Shown piece by piece: positions 1 to 14,329 of a stretch of DNA of 64,000 nucleotides (position 1 is its first letter; each line of letters starts with the position of its first letter). The stretch is taken from the NCBI GenBank assembly GCA_002269645.1, contig NIVC01000365.1, forward strand, positions 372,001 through 436,000. Reading direction: 5' to 3'. Origin of the DNA: Macrostomum lignano (Eukaryota). The notes below the pieces were generated by a model, which was given only the letters and a program-made list of their open reading frames with translations, was not told the DNA's origin and made no database searches. Both the position numbers and the translations under genes were made by a program.

Positions 1-588
1 GGGGTCCAGCCAGCGGGCCGGCCACCCGGCGGTGAACTCGCCGACCAGCAGGCCGGCGGCCGAGTAGTGGGCGCGCACCTCCCGGATGGTGGCGCCCGGC
101 TCGGCGGCGGCGAGGCAGGACGGCATCAGGTAGCGGTGAAGGAGCCGCAGACGGTCCGGCAAGGCGTCAAAGCAGCTGAGCCGCTTCAGCAGGCGGCCAG
201 CGCGGACAAATTTCGAGTCGGAGCAGGCGACGTCGGAGGAGGCGGCGGCGGAGGTCGGCGAGCCGACGAGATTTGGCATGGACGCGCGGAGCAGCCTGCA
301 GGCGTAGGCGGACTCGGTGAATTCGCGGACAAGATGGTGGAAGCTGCGGCAGGTGCAGGCCAGTTGGCCGAGATCGTCGGCGTCCAGACAGCCGCTGGCG
401 AGGATGCGGAACAGCAGCTCCGGCGGCAGGTTGGCGAGGCCTCGGCTTGGCGGCTGCTCGCTTGGGCGGCTCCGCTTGGCCGGTGGCGCAGACGGGCTGC
501 GGCGGCGCTTGTGGCAGTCGACTGCCGAAGCTTCGGCAGCGGCTGCGGTTGCAGACATCTGGCATAGAGTCATCCAGCGGTGCAGCAT
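1..588 (-). CDS. FBXO47: FBXO47-like F-box protein, left copy; 5' part of exon 1 only (gene continues off the window start)
   Basis: Matches 6654-7241 at offset 6653. Carries the F-box motif LANLPPELLFRILASG...DLGQLACTCRSFHHLV. Confidence 0.8.
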   Translation of the reverse strand, partial: MLHRWMTLCQMSATAAAAEASAVDCHKRRRSPSAPPAKRSRPSEQPPSRGLANLPPELLFRILASGCLDADDLGQLACTCRSFHHLVREFTESAYACRLLRASMPNLVGSPTSAAASSDVACSDSKFVRAGRLLKRLSCFDALPDRLRLLHRYLMPSCLAAAEPGATIREVRAHYSAAGLLVGEFTAGWPARWLDP

Positions 589-729
589 GACGATTGGGAC
601 TGGCGAGCAGCGATGAATATTGATGGATGATGGGGGACGGAGACTGGAGGTATTGCGTTTGGTTAAATAAAGAAATTTTGAGTAGGTTCTCCTAAGACTG
701 GTTCAGAATCGGTTAAATCGGGGTAAACC

Positions 730-1550
730 GGAGTAGATTACTCTACTATTAGAGATTACTGTTACACCGAGGGAGATTACTCTTACACCGAGGGAGATTA
801 CTCTTACAGCGAGAGAAATTACTCTTACACCGAGGGAGATTACTCTTACACCGAGGGAGATTACTCTTACAGCGAGAGAAATTACTCTTACACCGAGGGA
901 GATTACTCTTACAGCGAGAGAAATTACTCTTACACCGAGGGAGATTACTCTTACACCGAGGGAGATTACTCTTACACCGAGGGAGATTACTCTTACACCG
1001 AGGGAGATTACTCTTACAGCGAGAGAAATCACTCTTACAGCGAGAGAGATTACTCTAAAACCGGGGAGATTACTCTAAAACCGGGGAGATTACTCTAAAA
1101 CCGAGGAGATTACTCTAAAACCGGGGAGATTACTCTAAAACCGAGTAGATTACTCTAAAACCGGGGGATTACTCTTAAACCGAGGGAGATTACTCTAAAA
1201 CCGAGGGAGATTACTCTAAAACCGGGGAGATTACTCTAAAACCGAGGAGATTACTCTTACACCGAGGGAGATTACTCTTACACCGAGGGAGATTACTCTT
1301 ACAGCGAGAGAAATCACTCTTACAGCGAGAGAGATTACTCTAAAACCGGGGAGATTACTCTAAAACCGGGGAGATTACTCTAAAACCGAGGAGATTACTC
1401 TAAAACCGGGGAGATTACTCTAAAACCGGGGAGATTACTCTAAAACTGGGGAGATTACTCTAAAACCGGGGGAGATTACTCTAAAACCGGGGAGATTACT
1501 CTAAAACCGGGGGAGATTACTCTAAAACCGGGGAGAATACTCTAAAACCG
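730..1550. repeat. 20-22 bp minisatellite (gagattactcttacaccgagg / gagattactctaaaaccggg) with two alternating sub-type blocks
   Basis: Directly visible tandem units between the MRPL43 3' end and the FBXO47 start. Confidence 0.95.
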
Positions 1551-1805
1551 TTGGAGTTAACTCTAGCAAAAGCAGCACGCAAACATTAACAGACTATTAA
1601 AGCAACAAGTTAAACGGCACATTTAACTGTGTATTTATAAATTTGCAATCGCTACTAACATGCAGACAATTCTAGGCAACACTGAGCTTTCCAGGATAAT
1701 GTCAAGAGGGGTCACTAGACTGGCACCAGATACTCCAGCGCTAGACTGACCAATCTGTAACCAAGACAAACATTTCGGTCACTGTGTGCGCCGGTCGAGA
1801 AGAGC

Positions 1806-2682
<877 letters not shown>

Positions 2683-3531
2683 AGCGCTGCTGGTGACTGC
2701 AAATTGAAAGCAATTATCAATGTTTTCGATACATATCGGGCTAAGAAAACACTTGTAATAAGGAGTGAATTCAAGACAGCTTTTTATTGTTTTCGATACA
2801 TATCGCTGTAATCGCGACAGTGAATTTTTTCGGCCTATTTTTCTAAGAAATCTCTGATGGCAAAAATCAGCAAAATAAAGGAAGCCGAACGATGCTCACA
2901 AGTTCCAAAAAACAATATCATAATCATAATTTGTTGCAAGCCTCAATCTATACAAAATCTGCATAGGGGGAATTGGGTTATGTGATCATGTAAAAATGTG
3001 CAATCTCTGCTGGAAGAGCACAAGTTTGGCGTATCAACAGTTTTAATGGCAACTAAAAATATTATTAATAAACGAAGTAGTGGACTTTATAGCAAGGAAA
3101 CAATAATATTCTGGAATATCGATTTGGTACAAGCGGATTTAGGCGCATATCTGAATACAAAACAGGTCACGACAGTCTGATCTGATATTGTGCTGGTAAA
3201 AAAGCTTTATAAACATGTAAATATTGAGTGCTGGCACGGATGGATAATGCTGCTTGTGTTGATTAGCCAATCTTAGCGCAGGTAACTGCTCTAGAAAAAT
3301 AAATAATTATAATAATAAACAGTTCTATTTATATTGAGAAACAGAGAAATTCCAATTTAAGCCCTGATTGCATGGTGCTGCACACTCTGGACACAAATAA
3401 AGTTGGCTACTTCATATCGCTTATACACTACTGATATATTGGAATTCAGCGTCTATATAGAGTTTTTTGCATAAATCAGCGAAAATAACTGAGCTTGCGT
3501 TGAGCACTGCGGAGGCAGCTCAGCGGCGTGT

Positions 3532-6500
3532 TCAATCGGCTGACGGGCCAAACTTTTCCGCTGGAGCTGCGCCTGCGGCATCACGGCGTTCCGAGACTGC
3601 GGCTATCTGCATTCCGGACTCTGACTCTGGGGCTGATGCAGCTGCCAGCTGATGAGGCTGCTGTTGCTGAGGCTGCTGTTGCTGAGGTTCAGCCTGATGA
3701 AAGTGCAGGGAACCGCCGGTCATCGAAGCCGGGGTAGCCGCGATGGAGCCGAAGTCGTCCATCGCAGCGACGGACACGGCGGGCGTCATCACGGAAGCGA
3801 AGGACTGCTGGCCGTAGGAGGCTGCCGGCTGTGGGTGGGGAGCGGATCAGACAGTTGTTAGGGGGCGGAATCGCACAGACTAGTAGGACATTACAGAGTC
3901 GAATCAATAAGTTATAAAGAGCGGAAGTAGGCGGCAATTGGGAAGTACAGAGCGGAAATGGGGAATTCTGGAGAAGTATACTGCGGTAGAGAGCGGTATA
4001 CTGTGGTAGAGAGCGGTATACTGCGGTAGAGAGCGGTATACTGCGGTAGAGAGCGGAATTACTGTGGTAGAGAGCGGTATACTGCGGTAGAGAGCGGAAT
4101 TACTGTGGTAGAGAGAGGAAGTACTGTGGTAGAGAGCGGTAGACTGTGGTAGAGAGCAGTAGACTGTGGTAGAGAGCAGTAGACTGTGGTAGAGAGCGGT
4201 AGACTGTGGTAAAGAGCGGTAGACTGTGGTAGAGAGCGGAAGTAGACTGTGGTAAAGAGCGGTAGACTGTGGTAGAGAGCGGTAGACTGTGGTAGAGAGC
4301 GGAAGTAGACTGTGGTAGAGAGCAGTAGACTGTGGTAAAGAGCGGTAGACTGTGGTAAAGAGCAGTAGACTGTGGTAGAGAGCGGTAGACTGTGGTAAAG
4401 AGCGGTAGACTGTGGTAGAGAGCGGTAGACTGTGGTAGAGAGCAGTAGACTGTGGTAGAGAGCAGTAGACTGTGGTAGAGAGCAGTAGACTGTGGTAGAG
4501 AGCAGTAGACTGTGGTAGAGAGCGGTAGACTGTGGTAAGAGAGCGGAAGTAGACTGCGGTAGAGAGCGGAATCAAGCAGCGATGGAGAGGCCGTATTAAG
4601 ATGCAAACCTGATTCGGCTGCTGGTGCGTCGCCACGGGCAGGTAAGCGCTTCCAGGTTGTTGCGGAAGCTGCTGCACATGCTGGTGCACTGGCGCGGAGC
4701 TGTAGTACACAGGCTGGGGAGGGAGCTGCTGCTGCTGGTACACTCCGCCCAGCTCAGTCAGAGTTTGGCCAGCACCGAGCTGCTGGACTAACGATGTTGT
4801 AGGAAAATTTCCCTGTTGATGAGGCACAGGAAACTGATGCTGATAAGGAGGCATAACAGGCATCAGTTGATAAGGCTGGCGATGAGACTGGAACTGCTGC
4901 TGCTGATGCAGCGGAGGCTGAGTGACAGCCATGAGGGTGACAGTGCCAGGCGGCAGCAGCTGCTGCAGCTGTGACTGAGGCAGCAACTGGCTGAGGGATT
5001 CCAATTTCACAGGTGAGATCTGCTGCTGCTGGGGCTGACACTGGACCAGCTGGGGCAGCATCTGGAACTGCTGCTGCTGAGGAGGAAGAGAAGCAGGTGC
5101 AGCCGCATTCCCCTCCTCCTGCTTGACGCTCTTCGCCTGGGCGTCGGGAGCGCCGCCACTGGGCTTTGATTTTCTCTTGGAAGTGGACGGCCTGGGCGCG
5201 GCCAGCTTCTTCGCGGACTCTTGTTGGTCTGAGGCCATCTTCTCCTGGAAGAGCCGATGCGACTCCGTCTGCTTGTAGGCCGCCAGCCGGGCCTCGTACT
5301 CGGCCGAGGCCTTGGCGTAGGCCTGCCGGTAGGCATCCTTGTCAGCCGACGGCAGGTCGCGCCACTGTCTGGCAACCACTTTGATCTGGTCGCGGCCTTT
5401 GAGCCGGTGCTCCGGCGTGTCCCGGATGTGCAGCCCGAGCTCGCCCATCTTCTCCTTCACGAACATGGTGTAGGCGGAGCGCGGGTTCACCGGCTCCTGC
5501 GGATCGCGGCGAGCCTGGCGGGACCGACGGCCGGTGCCAACCGGCCTGCGCGGCTTAGCCTGCGGAGTCTGACCGGACGCTTCATCGGCCATGTACAGGT
5601 CGGCCATGACGGTCCTGAAGCTGTCGCCGAAGCTGTCGATCAGGTAGGCGCGCTTAGCGGCGCTCGGCGCAGCGGCGATGGTGCTGCGGATCAGCCCGGC
5701 CACCAGGCCGAACGGCTGCTTGGCCTTGACGGTCACCAGACAGAGCGACGTCAGCAGCATCACCAGCTCGTTGCTGGCCGACTCGCTTTTCGACATTCGA
5801 CGCGCCATGCCGTTTAGCACCAGGCGGCTCACCTGGCAGCCGGCCATGAGCAGCACGCAGGCGGAGTTCTCGGACAGCCAGGCGGTGGGCAGCCTGCGCA
5901 GGGATGACAAACGGAATTGAGTCGTTAAAAAAACACAAGAGTTGCCCCAGAGTCGCAAGAGTCAACAGAGAGCTGTTTGCAATGACTCTTTAGCGATTCT
6001 TGGCATGGTAACGTTTCCAACGGGCTGCCCACTCCGCCGACTCCCCTGAGCAGGCACACAAGCGCGCGGATACGTACACTGTACTGTGCCCTGGGGGGTT
6101 GGCTTCGAAGGGCGTTAATTGCAGGAGCAGAGCCAAGCCGAGATTCCAATTTAGCCCCAAGTTAATGTGACTGCAATTGAAATCGAGCCTGGGCCGCGCT
6201 CTAGCGCCACAGACTGGCGCTCGCGCCTCACCTGGTCAGCTCTTCGAACAGGCGCGGAATTCGCGGCCGCAGCTTCTTGTCAGTGTAGAGGGCGCGCAGG
6301 GCGTCGCCAAGGCTGCCGAAGCAGGCGTCGATTTGGGCGGCGCTGGCTGCCGTGCTGCGGGACATGTCGCGCCACATCACCCGCGACTCGAACGTCGGCC
6401 CGAGGGTGACGAACAGCAGCCAGGCGGCCGGCCGGGACCGCCAGGCGGCCAACAGGCGGCAAAAGCGGCGCCAGCGCTGCCGCTCGGAGCAGACGGCCAG

Positions 6501-7241
6501 GAACAGGTGGCGGATGAAGAGGCGGACGCGGAAATCGTCGACTGCGGAGACGGGAGCGCCGCCAGACGAGACGGCGAGCTCGGCGACGGTCAGCAGGGCG
6601 GGTCTCCGCCGGGAGCTGCGCGGGTCGAACAGGCGAAGCAGCGCCAGTCCGGCGGGGTCCAGCCAGCGGGCCGGCCACCCGGCGGTGAACTCGCCGACCA
6701 GCAGGCCGGCGGCCGAGTAGTGGGCGCGCACCTCCCGGATGGTGGCGCCCGGCTCGGCGGCGGCGAGGCAGGACGGCATCAGGTAGCGGTGAAGGAGCCG
6801 CAGACGGTCCGGCAAGGCGTCAAAGCAGCTGAGCCGCTTCAGCAGGCGGCCAGCGCGGACAAATTTCGAGTCGGAGCAGGCGACGTCGGAGGAGGCGGCG
6901 GCGGAGGTCGGCGAGCCGACGAGATTTGGCATGGACGCGCGGAGCAGCCTGCAGGCGTAGGCGGACTCGGTGAATTCGCGGACAAGATGGTGGAAGCTGC
7001 GGCAGGTGCAGGCCAGTTGGCCGAGATCGTCGGCGTCCAGACAGCCGCTGGCGAGGATGCGGAACAGCAGCTCCGGCGGCAGGTTGGCGAGGCCTCGGCT
7101 TGGCGGCTGCTCGCTTGGGCGGCTCCGCTTGGCCGGTGGCGCAGACGGGCTGCGGCGGCGCTTGTGGCAGTCGACTGCCGAAGCTTCGGCAGCGGCTGCG
7201 GTTGCAGACATCTGGCATAGAGTCATCCAGCGGTGCAGCAT
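3532..7241 (-). CDS. FBXO47: Putative chimeric gene: FBXO47-like N-terminal part fused in frame to HMG-box plus Q-rich C-terminal part. Exons 7241(or 7211)-6232, 5893-4609, 3828-3532; about 853-863 aa
   Basis: Exon 1 has an F-box plus FBXO47-like blocks (GRLLKRLSC..DRLRLLHRYL, GEFTAGW, RVRLFIRHLFL, AWLLFVTLGP, VMWRDM, LGDALRALY). A phase-2 intron AG|GTGAG...gcgcag|G gives EELTR-LPTAWLSENSACVLLMAG (human FBXO47 recalled as DELSVVPREWLLENNARLLMLSG). Exon 2 reads without a stop across the junction (LYMA-DEASGQ) into the HMG box, then a phase-0 intron leads to a last exon ending in a stop at 3532. FBXO47 identity is from recalled homology, not a search. Confidence 0.72.
3945..4570. repeat. About 20-bp minisatellite (gtagactgtggtagagagcg) in the last intron of the chimeric gene
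   Basis: Directly visible; about 143 bp shorter than its duplicate at 10595-11362. Confidence 0.95.
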
Positions 7242-7382
7242 GACGATTGGGACTGGCGAGCAGCGATGAATATTGATGGATGATGGGGGACGGAGACTGG
7301 AGGTATTGCGTTTGGTTAAATAAAGAAATTTTGAGTAGGTTCTCCTAAGACTGGTTCAGAATCGGTTAAATCGGGGTAAACC

Positions 7383-8205
7383 GGAGTAGATTACTCTACT
7401 ATTAGAGATTACTGTTACACCGAGGGAGATTACTCTTACACCGAGGGAGATTACTCTTACAGCGAGAGAAATTACTCTTACACCGAGGGAGATTACTCTT
7501 ACACCGAGGGAGATTACTCTTACAGCGAGAGAAATTACTCTTACACCGAGGGAGATTACTCTTACAGCGAGAGAAATTACTCTTACACCGAGGGAGATTA
7601 CTCTTACACCGAGGGAGATTACTCTTACACCGAGGGAGATTACTCTTACACCGAGGGAGATTACTCTTACAGCGAGAGAAATCACTCTTACAGCGAGAGA
7701 GATTACTCTAAAACCGGGGAGATTACTCTAAAACCGGGGAGATTACTCTAAAACCGAGGAGATTACTCTAAAACCGGGGAGATTACTCTAAAACCGAGTA
7801 GATTACTCTAAAACCGGGGGGATTACTCTTAAACCGAGGGAGATTACTCTAAAACCGAGGGAGATTACTCTAAAACCGGGGAGATTACTCTAAAACCGAG
7901 GAGATTACTCTTACACCGAGGGAGATTACTCTTACACCGAGGGAGATTACTCTTACAGCGAGAGAAATCACTCTTACAGCGAGAGAGATTACTCTAAAAC
8001 CGGGGAGATTACTCTAAAACCGGGGAGATTACTCTAAAACCGAGGAGATTACTCTAAAACCGGGGAGATTACTCTAAAACCGGGGAGATTACTCTAAAAC
8101 TGGGGAGATTACTCTAAAACCGGGGGAGATTACTCTAAAACCGGGGAGATTACTCTAAAACCGGGGGAGATTACTCTAAAACCGGGGAGAATACTCTAAA
8201 ACCGT
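7383..8205. repeat. Duplicate of the 20-22 bp minisatellite at 730-1550
   Basis: Directly visible. Confidence 0.95.
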
Positions 8206-8459
8206 TGGAGTTAACTCTAGCAAAAGCAGCACGCAAACATTAACAGACTATTAAAGCAACAAGTTAAACGGCACATTTAACTGTGTATTTATAAATTTGC
8301 AATCGCTACTAACATGCAGACAATTCTAGGCAACACTGAGCTTTCCAGGATAATGTCAAGAGGGGTCACTAGACTGGCACCAGATACTCCAGCGCTAGAC
8401 TGACCAATCTGTAACCAAGACAAACATTTCGGTCACTGTGTGCGCCGGTCGAGAAGAGC

Positions 8460-9332
<873 letters not shown>

Positions 9333-10181
9333 AGCGCTGCTGGTGACTGCAAATTGAAAGCAATTATCAATGTTTTCGATACATATCGGGCTAAGAAAAC
9401 ACTTGTAATAAGGAGTGAATTCAAGACAGCTTTTTATTGTTTTCGATACATATCGCTGTAATCGCGACAGTGAATTTTTTCGGCCTATTTTTCTAAGAAA
9501 TCTCTGATGGCAAAAATCAGCAAAATAAAGGAAGCCGAACGATGCTCACAAGTTCCAAAAAACAATATCATAATCATAATTTGTTGCAAGCCTCAATCTA
9601 TACAAAATCTGCATAGGGGGAATTGGGTTATGTGATCATGTAAAAATGTGCAATCTCTGCTGGAAGAGCACAAGTTTGGCGTATCAACAGTTTTAATGGC
9701 AACTAAAAATATTATTAATAAACGAAGTAGTGGACTTTATAGCAAGGAAACAATAATATTCTGGAATATCGATTTGGTACAAGCGGATTTAGGCGCATAT
9801 CTGAATACAAAACAGGTCACGACAGTCTGATCTGATATTGTGCTGGTAAAAAAGCTTTATAAACATGTAAATATTGAGTGCTGGCACGGATGGATAATGC
9901 TGCTTGTGTTGATTAGCCAATCTTAGCGCAGGTAACTGCTCTAGAAAAATAAATAATTATAATAATAAACAGTTCTATTTATATTGAGAAACAGAGAAAT
10001 TCCAATTTAAGCCCTGATTGCATGGTGCTGCACACTCTGGACACAAATAAAGTTGGCTACTTCATATCGCTTATACACTACTGATATATTGGAATTCAGC
10101 GTCTATATAGAGTTTTTTGCATAAATCAGCGAAAATAACTGAGCTTGCGTTGAGCACTGCGGAGGCAGCTCAGCGGCGTGT

Positions 10182-12513
10182 TCAATCGGCTGACGGGCCA
10201 AACTTTTCCGCTGGAGCTGCGCCTGCGGCATCACGGCGTTCCGAGACTGCGGCTATCTGCATTCCGGACTCTGACTCTGGGGCTGATGCAGCTGCCAGCT
10301 GATGAGGCTGCTGTTGCTGAGGCTGCTGTTGCTGAGGTTCAGCCTGATGAAAGTGCAGGGAACCGCCGGTCATCGAAGCCGGGGTAGCCGCGATGGAGCC
10401 GAAGTCGTCCATCGCAGCGACGGACACGGCGGGCGTCATCACGGAAGCGAAGGACTGCTGGCCGTAGGAGGCTGCCGGCTGTGGGTGGGGAGCGGATCAG
10501 ACAGTTGTTAGGGGGCGGAATCGCACAGACTAGTAGGACATTACAGAGTCGAATCAATAAGTTATAAAGAGCGGAAGTAGGCGGCAATTGGGAAGTACAG
10601 AGCGGAAATGGGGAATTCTGGAGAAGTATACTGCGGTAGAGAGCGGTATACTGTGGTAGAGAGCGGTATACTGCGGTAGAGAGCGGTATACTGCGGTAGA
10701 GAGCGGTATACCGTGGTAGAGAGCGGTATACTGTGGTAGAGAGCGGAATTACTGTGGTAGAGAGCGGTATACTGCGGTAGAGAGCGGAATTACTGTGGTA
10801 GAGAGAGGAAGTACTGTGGTAGAGAGCGGTAGACTGTGGTAGAGAGCAGTAGACTGTGGTAGAGAGCAGTAGACTGTGGTAGAGAGCAGTAGACTGTGGT
10901 AGAGAGCGGTAGACTGTGGTAAAGAGCGGTAGACTGTGGTAGAGAGCGGAAGTAGACTGTGGTAAAGAGCGGTAGACTGTGGTAGAGAGCGGTAGACTGT
11001 GGTAGAGAGCGGAAGTAGACTGTGGTAGAGAGCAGTAGACTGTGGTAAAGAGCGGTAGACTGTGGTAGAGAGCGGTAGACTGTGGTAAAGAGCGGTAGAC
11101 TGTGGCAGAGAGCGGAAGTAGACTGTGGTAGAGAGCGGTAGACTGTGGTAAAGAGCAGTAGACTGTGGTAGAGAGCGGTAGACTGTGGTAAAGAGCGGTA
11201 GACTGTGGTAGAGAGCGGTAGACTGTGGTAGAGAGCAGTAGACTGTGGTAGAGAGCAGTAGACTGTGGTAGAGAGCAGTAGACTGTGGTAGAGAGCAGTA
11301 GACTGTGGTAGAGAGCGGTAGACTGTGGTAAGAGAGCGGAAGTAGACTGCGGTAGAGAGCGGAATCAAGCAGCGATGGAGAGGCCGTATTAAGATGCAAA
11401 CCTGATTCGGCTGCTGGTGCGTCGCCACGGGCAGGTAAGCGCTTCCAGGTTGTTGCGGAAGCTGCTGCACATGCTGGTGCACTGGCGCGGAGCTGTAGTA
11501 CACAGGCTGGGGAGGGAGCTGCTGCTGCTGGTACACTCCGCCCAGCTCAGTCAGAGTTTGGCCAGCACCGAGCTGCTGGACTAACGATGTTGTAGGAAAA
11601 TTTCCCTGTTGATGAGGCACAGGAAACTGATGCTGATAAGGAGGCATAACAGGCATCAGTTGATAAGGCTGGCGATGAGACTGGAACTGCTGCTGCTGAT
11701 GCAGCGGAGGCTGAGTGACAGCCATGAGGGTGACAGTGCCAGGCGGCAGCAGCTGCTGCAGCTGTGACTGAGGCAGCAACTGGCTGAGGGATTCCAATTT
11801 CACAGGTGAGATCTGCTGCTGCTGGGGCTGACACTGGACCAGCTGGGGCAGCATCTGGAACTGCTGCTGCTGAGGAGGAAGAGAAGCAGGTGCAGCCGCA
11901 TTCCCCTCCTCCTGCTTGACGCTCTTCGCCTGGGCGTCGGGAGCGCCGCCACTGGGCTTTGATTTTCTCTTGGAAGTGGACGGCCTGGGCGCGGCCAGCT
12001 TCTTCGCGGACTCTTGTTGGTCTGAGGCCATCTTCTCCTGGAAGAGCCGATGCGACTCCGTCTGCTTGTAGGCCGCCAGCCGGGCCTCGTACTCGGCCGA
12101 GGCCTTGGCGTAGGCCTGCCGGTAGGCATCCTTGTCAGCCGACGGCAGGTCGCGCCACTGTCTGGCAACCACTTTGATCTGGTCGCGGCCTTTGAGCCGG
12201 TGCTCCGGCGTGTCCCGGATGTGCAGCCCGAGCTCGCCCATCTTCTCCTTCACGAACATGGTGTAGGCGGAGCGCGGGTTCACCGGCTCCTGCGGATCGC
12301 GGCGAGCCTGGCGGGACCGACGGCCGGTGCCAACCGGCCTGCGCGGCTTAGCCTGCGGAGTCTGACCGGACGCTTCATCTTTGAGTCCATCATCGGCGGC
12401 GGCAGCGGTGGCAGCTTCAGAGGACTCCGCAGGCTGCTTAGCGCCTCCGATGAGGTCCTCAATGATGCTCGAGAGCGACACGGTGATTGGTGGGAGGGAC
12501 GCGGCGGCCCGCA
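10182..12513 (-). CDS. Native HMG-box protein (HMG20/TOX-like single box, Q/P-rich tail). Exons 12513-11402 and 10478-10182; 5' exon and start unresolved
   Basis: RRDPQEPVNPRSAYTMFVKEK...IKVVARQWRDLPSADKDAYRQAYAKASAEYEARLAAYKQTESHRLF is a canonical HMG box. Donor CAG|GTTTGC and acceptor cacag|CCG are in phase. There is no in-frame ATG upstream of the box within this exon. Confidence 0.82.
10595..11362. repeat. About 20-bp intronic minisatellite, longer duplicate of 3945-4570
   Basis: Directly visible. Confidence 0.95.
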
Positions 12514-12647
12514 CTAGGCATGCATTTTTTAGAAAACAATGCAAGTATGAAGTTGAATTTGCAGTGAGCGCTACTGACAGTAGACCCAATGTATTTTAAC
12601 GTTTTTTTCTAGCGAAAATACTCAATAGAAATTTTCGTGATTTTGCT

Positions 12648-14022
12648 GGAGATTCTCTGGACTAGAGGGCGATTCTCTGCACTAGAGGGCGATTCTCTGC
12701 ACTAGAGGGCGATTCTCTGCACTAGAGGTGATTCTCTGCACTAGAGGGCGATTCTCTGCACTAGAGACGATTCTCTGGACTAAGGGCAATTCTCTGCACT
12801 AGAGGGCGATTCTCTGCACTAGAGGGCGATTCTCTGGACTAGAGGGCGATTCTCTGGACTAAGGGCGATTCTCTGCACTACAGGGCGATTCTCTGCACTA
12901 GAGGGAGATTCTCTGCACTAGAGGGCGATTCTCTGGACTAGAGGTGATTCTCTGCACTAGAGGGCGATTCTCTGCACTAGAGACGATTCTCTGCACCAGA
13001 GGGTGATTCTCTGGACTAAGGGTGATTCTCTGGACTAGAGGTGATTCTCTGCACTAGAGGTGATTCTCTGCACTAGAGGGCGATTCTCTGGACTAGAGGC
13101 GATTCTCTGCACTAGAGGCGATTCTCTGCACTAGAGGTGATTCTCTGCACTAGAGGTGATTCTCTGCACTAGAGGGCGATTCTCTGGACTAGAGGCGATT
13201 CTCTGCACTAGAGGCGATTCTCTGCACTAGAGGTGATTCTCTGCACTAGAGGTGATTCTCTGCACTAGAGGTGATTCTCTGCACTAGAGACGATTCTCTG
13301 CACTAGAGACGATTCTCTGGACTAGAGGTGATTCTCTGCACTAGAGGTGATTCTCTGCACTAGAGGGCGATTCTCTGTACTAGAGGGTGATTCTCTGCAC
13401 TAGAGGGCGATTCTCTGCACTAGAGGTGATTCTCTGCACTAGAGGGCGATTCTCTGCACTAGAGGTGATTCTCTGCACTAGAGGGCGATTCTCTGCACTA
13501 GAGGGCGATTCTCTGCACTAGAGGGCGATTCTCTGCACTAGAGGGCGATTCTCTGCACTAGAGGTGATTCTCTGCACTAGAGGGCGATTCTCTGGACTAA
13601 GGGCGATTCTCTGCACTAGAGGGCGATTCTCTGCACTAGAGGGCGATTCTCTGGACTAGAGGGCGATTCTCTGGACTAAGGGCGATTCTCTGCACTACAG
13701 GGCGATTCTCTGCACTAGAGGGCGATTCTCTGGACTAAGGGCGATTCTCTGCACTACAGGGCGATTCTCTGCACTAGAGGGCGATTCTCTGGACTAGAGG
13801 GCGATTCTCTGGACTAAGGGCGATTCTCTGCACTACAGGGCGATTCTCTGCACTAGAGGGCGATTCTCTGGACTAAGGGCGATTCTCTGCACTACAGGGC
13901 GATTCTCTGCACTAGAGGGCGATTCTCTGCACTAGAGACGATTCTCTGCACCAGAGGGTGATTCTCTGGACTAAGGGTGATTCTCTGGACTCAGGGTGAT
14001 TCTCTGGACTCAGGGTGATTCT
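12648..14022. repeat. 21-22 bp minisatellite (gattctctgcactagagggc), probably filling the first intron of the HMG gene
   Basis: Directly visible. On the minus strand it starts immediately after a GTGAGT donor-like site near 14029. Confidence 0.93.
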
Positions 14023-14329
14023 CACTCACACCCGCACCTGAGGCATGATCGAAAGAGTTAAGCAGCAGCCAGAAGTCAGGTATCTCGGTGCTAGCAAATG
14101 AAATAAGATCAACGGCACGCCAAGTTGTAATTCTATGCATACTTTGATCCCTTGAACATTTTTTATTCAATTTTTTATTATTTGCACAAAAACACTTGTA
14201 GAAAAAAACACTGAGAGGAAAGCGAAAGATCTCATCGCTGCTTTGGTATTTTACACATACAGAGGGATCCGAGATACAGGCTGAGATTGGGGTTCTGCAG
14301 TACAGACTTGAAGGGCGGAGAATACAGAT

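Noticed and set aside
6177-7220. 347-aa plus-strand ORF (and 67-567)
   Set aside because: Antisense shadow of the GC-rich FBXO47 exon; no recognisable motifs.
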